A stretch of DNA of 63,682 bases, the filler included, from Reclinomonas americana ATCC 50394 (lineage: Eukaryota), in NCBI GenBank assembly GCA_048213135.1. It is 39 parts of 39 records of this genome, joined end to end, with 100 filler letters (N's around TTAATTAATTAA, not from the genome) between each part and the next. Parts side by side here need not be neighbours in the genome. Positions count along the whole stretch, not along the records: positions 62,155 to 63,682 come from AFZH01025490.1; 38 more parts are not named here. The stretch is one strand, 5' to 3'. Shown here one piece after another: positions 62,697 through 63,682 of this stretch (positions are counted from its first letter, which is position 1; every line of letters begins with the position of its first letter). A model generated the notes under the pieces. That model had not been told where the DNA came from and searched no databases. It saw only the letters and a program-made list of their open reading frames with translations. The position numbers and the translations under genes are program-made.

Positions 62697-63336
62697 TTTT
62701 GCGTTCGGGCTCGCGCTTGAGGCGCTGGCAGATGCGGTCCCACAGAATGTCCTCGTTCACGCGCAGTGACACAGTGATGACCTGCCAGTAGACATAAGTG
62801 ACAGCAGCAATGAGAGACGGGAGTGACTGACACGCACCCGAATGTTGGCTTGTGCTTCGAGCTCGGTGACCTGCTGCCGGATCACCTGCTCCAGCAAGTG
62901 ACCACTCTCGGCGTAGAACACGGCCGAGTATGGTGAGCTACACGAAAAAAATGGTAAGCAACAAAAACACGAACGAGAGACAAGCACACGAGAGACAGAC
63001 CGATCGGCAATGAAGACCGTGTTCTCCGCGATACGACCCTGTTTCCGCACCTCGCACTGCTTACGCAGCAGACGCTGGAACCAGTGCGCGATCCAGTACG
63101 TCTCCATGACCAGACTCTGTAAAATAAAATGAGCTTTGAATTCCCGCGCAACCGAGTGGCAAATGGAAAAGACCTGTGGGTGAAGACCGTACTCGGGCTG
63201 ATCAAGGAAGCCCTCGTCGAGCACCTCAAAGCCATACAGACGCGCCAGTTGCTGGCACAGTTCTGTCTTGCCACTTCCTGTGTGCGCGTGAGAGAGAGAG
63301 GGTGTGTGTGTGTAAGAGATCAGGTGGACATGGCAA

Positions 63337-63368
<32 letters not shown>

Positions 63369-63646
63369 AGGTGACTGTGTGCGTGCGCTCGTGTGTGCGT
63401 GTGCGTGGTGAGGGAGGTGAGTGGTGCGTGTGCGTGTGAGGGAAGATGCGTTGTCATGACATGAAAGTTGTCATGATGTACACTGAGAGTTGATGCGCGC
63501 ACGCGTGTGCAGCAGAGAGTGGAGAGTGGACGTGCTTGCGCAAGAGGAGAGAGAGAGAGAAAGCGCATGCGTGCATGTGCGTGCGGTGAAAGTGCGAGGT
63601 TCAAGTGGCTCTCACCATGGCAGCCTTCCAAGCAGATAACGTACAT
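62697..63646 (-). CDS. P-loop nucleoside/nucleotide kinase (dNK/thymidylate kinase-like), multi-exon
   Basis: Spliced product reads MYVICLEGCHG|SGKTELC (Walker A)...FIADR|SPYSA..Y...LWDRI..RL. Confidence 0.78.
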
Positions 63647-63682
63647 GACTCTCTCTCTGTTCCTCTCAGTGTGCGTGTTGTT

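Overview
This window is not one locus. It is about 39 short contigs (about 1.53-1.57 kb, sorted by decreasing length, with one 1.02 kb outlier) joined by an artificial 100-nt linker (N run + TTAATTAATTAA + N run). Most contigs come from an intron-rich, flagellated microbial eukaryote using the standard genetic code, with microsatellite-filled GT-AG introns. Recognisable gene fragments include alanine aminotransferase, axonemal dynein heavy chain, IFT70, a SHIPPO/ODF3 protein, mitochondrial bL12, CENP-O, TFIIA-gamma, an HSDL2-like SDR, Cdc48, PGK, a filamin-repeat protein, class II aldolase, glycogen branching enzyme, GSK3, ARS2/SERRATE, a P-loop kinase, WD40/ankyrin/HEAT/Stig1-like repeat proteins and a decayed non-LTR retrotransposon. 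Three contigs are intronless, high-GC and actinobacterial (Microbacteriaceae-like): a probable daptide RiPP dehydrogenase (MpaC-like), an APC permease, and a type VII secretion EccC + WXG100 pair. Three signals stand out. First, about 10 introns use an atypical '+1-shifted' GTTGCG donor alongside GTGCG/GTGAG donors. Second, a bacterial-style cadherin repeat gene is built as one symmetric phase-1 exon per domain. Third, the daptide biosynthesis fragment. All family calls are from motif recognition by eye; no database searches were run.
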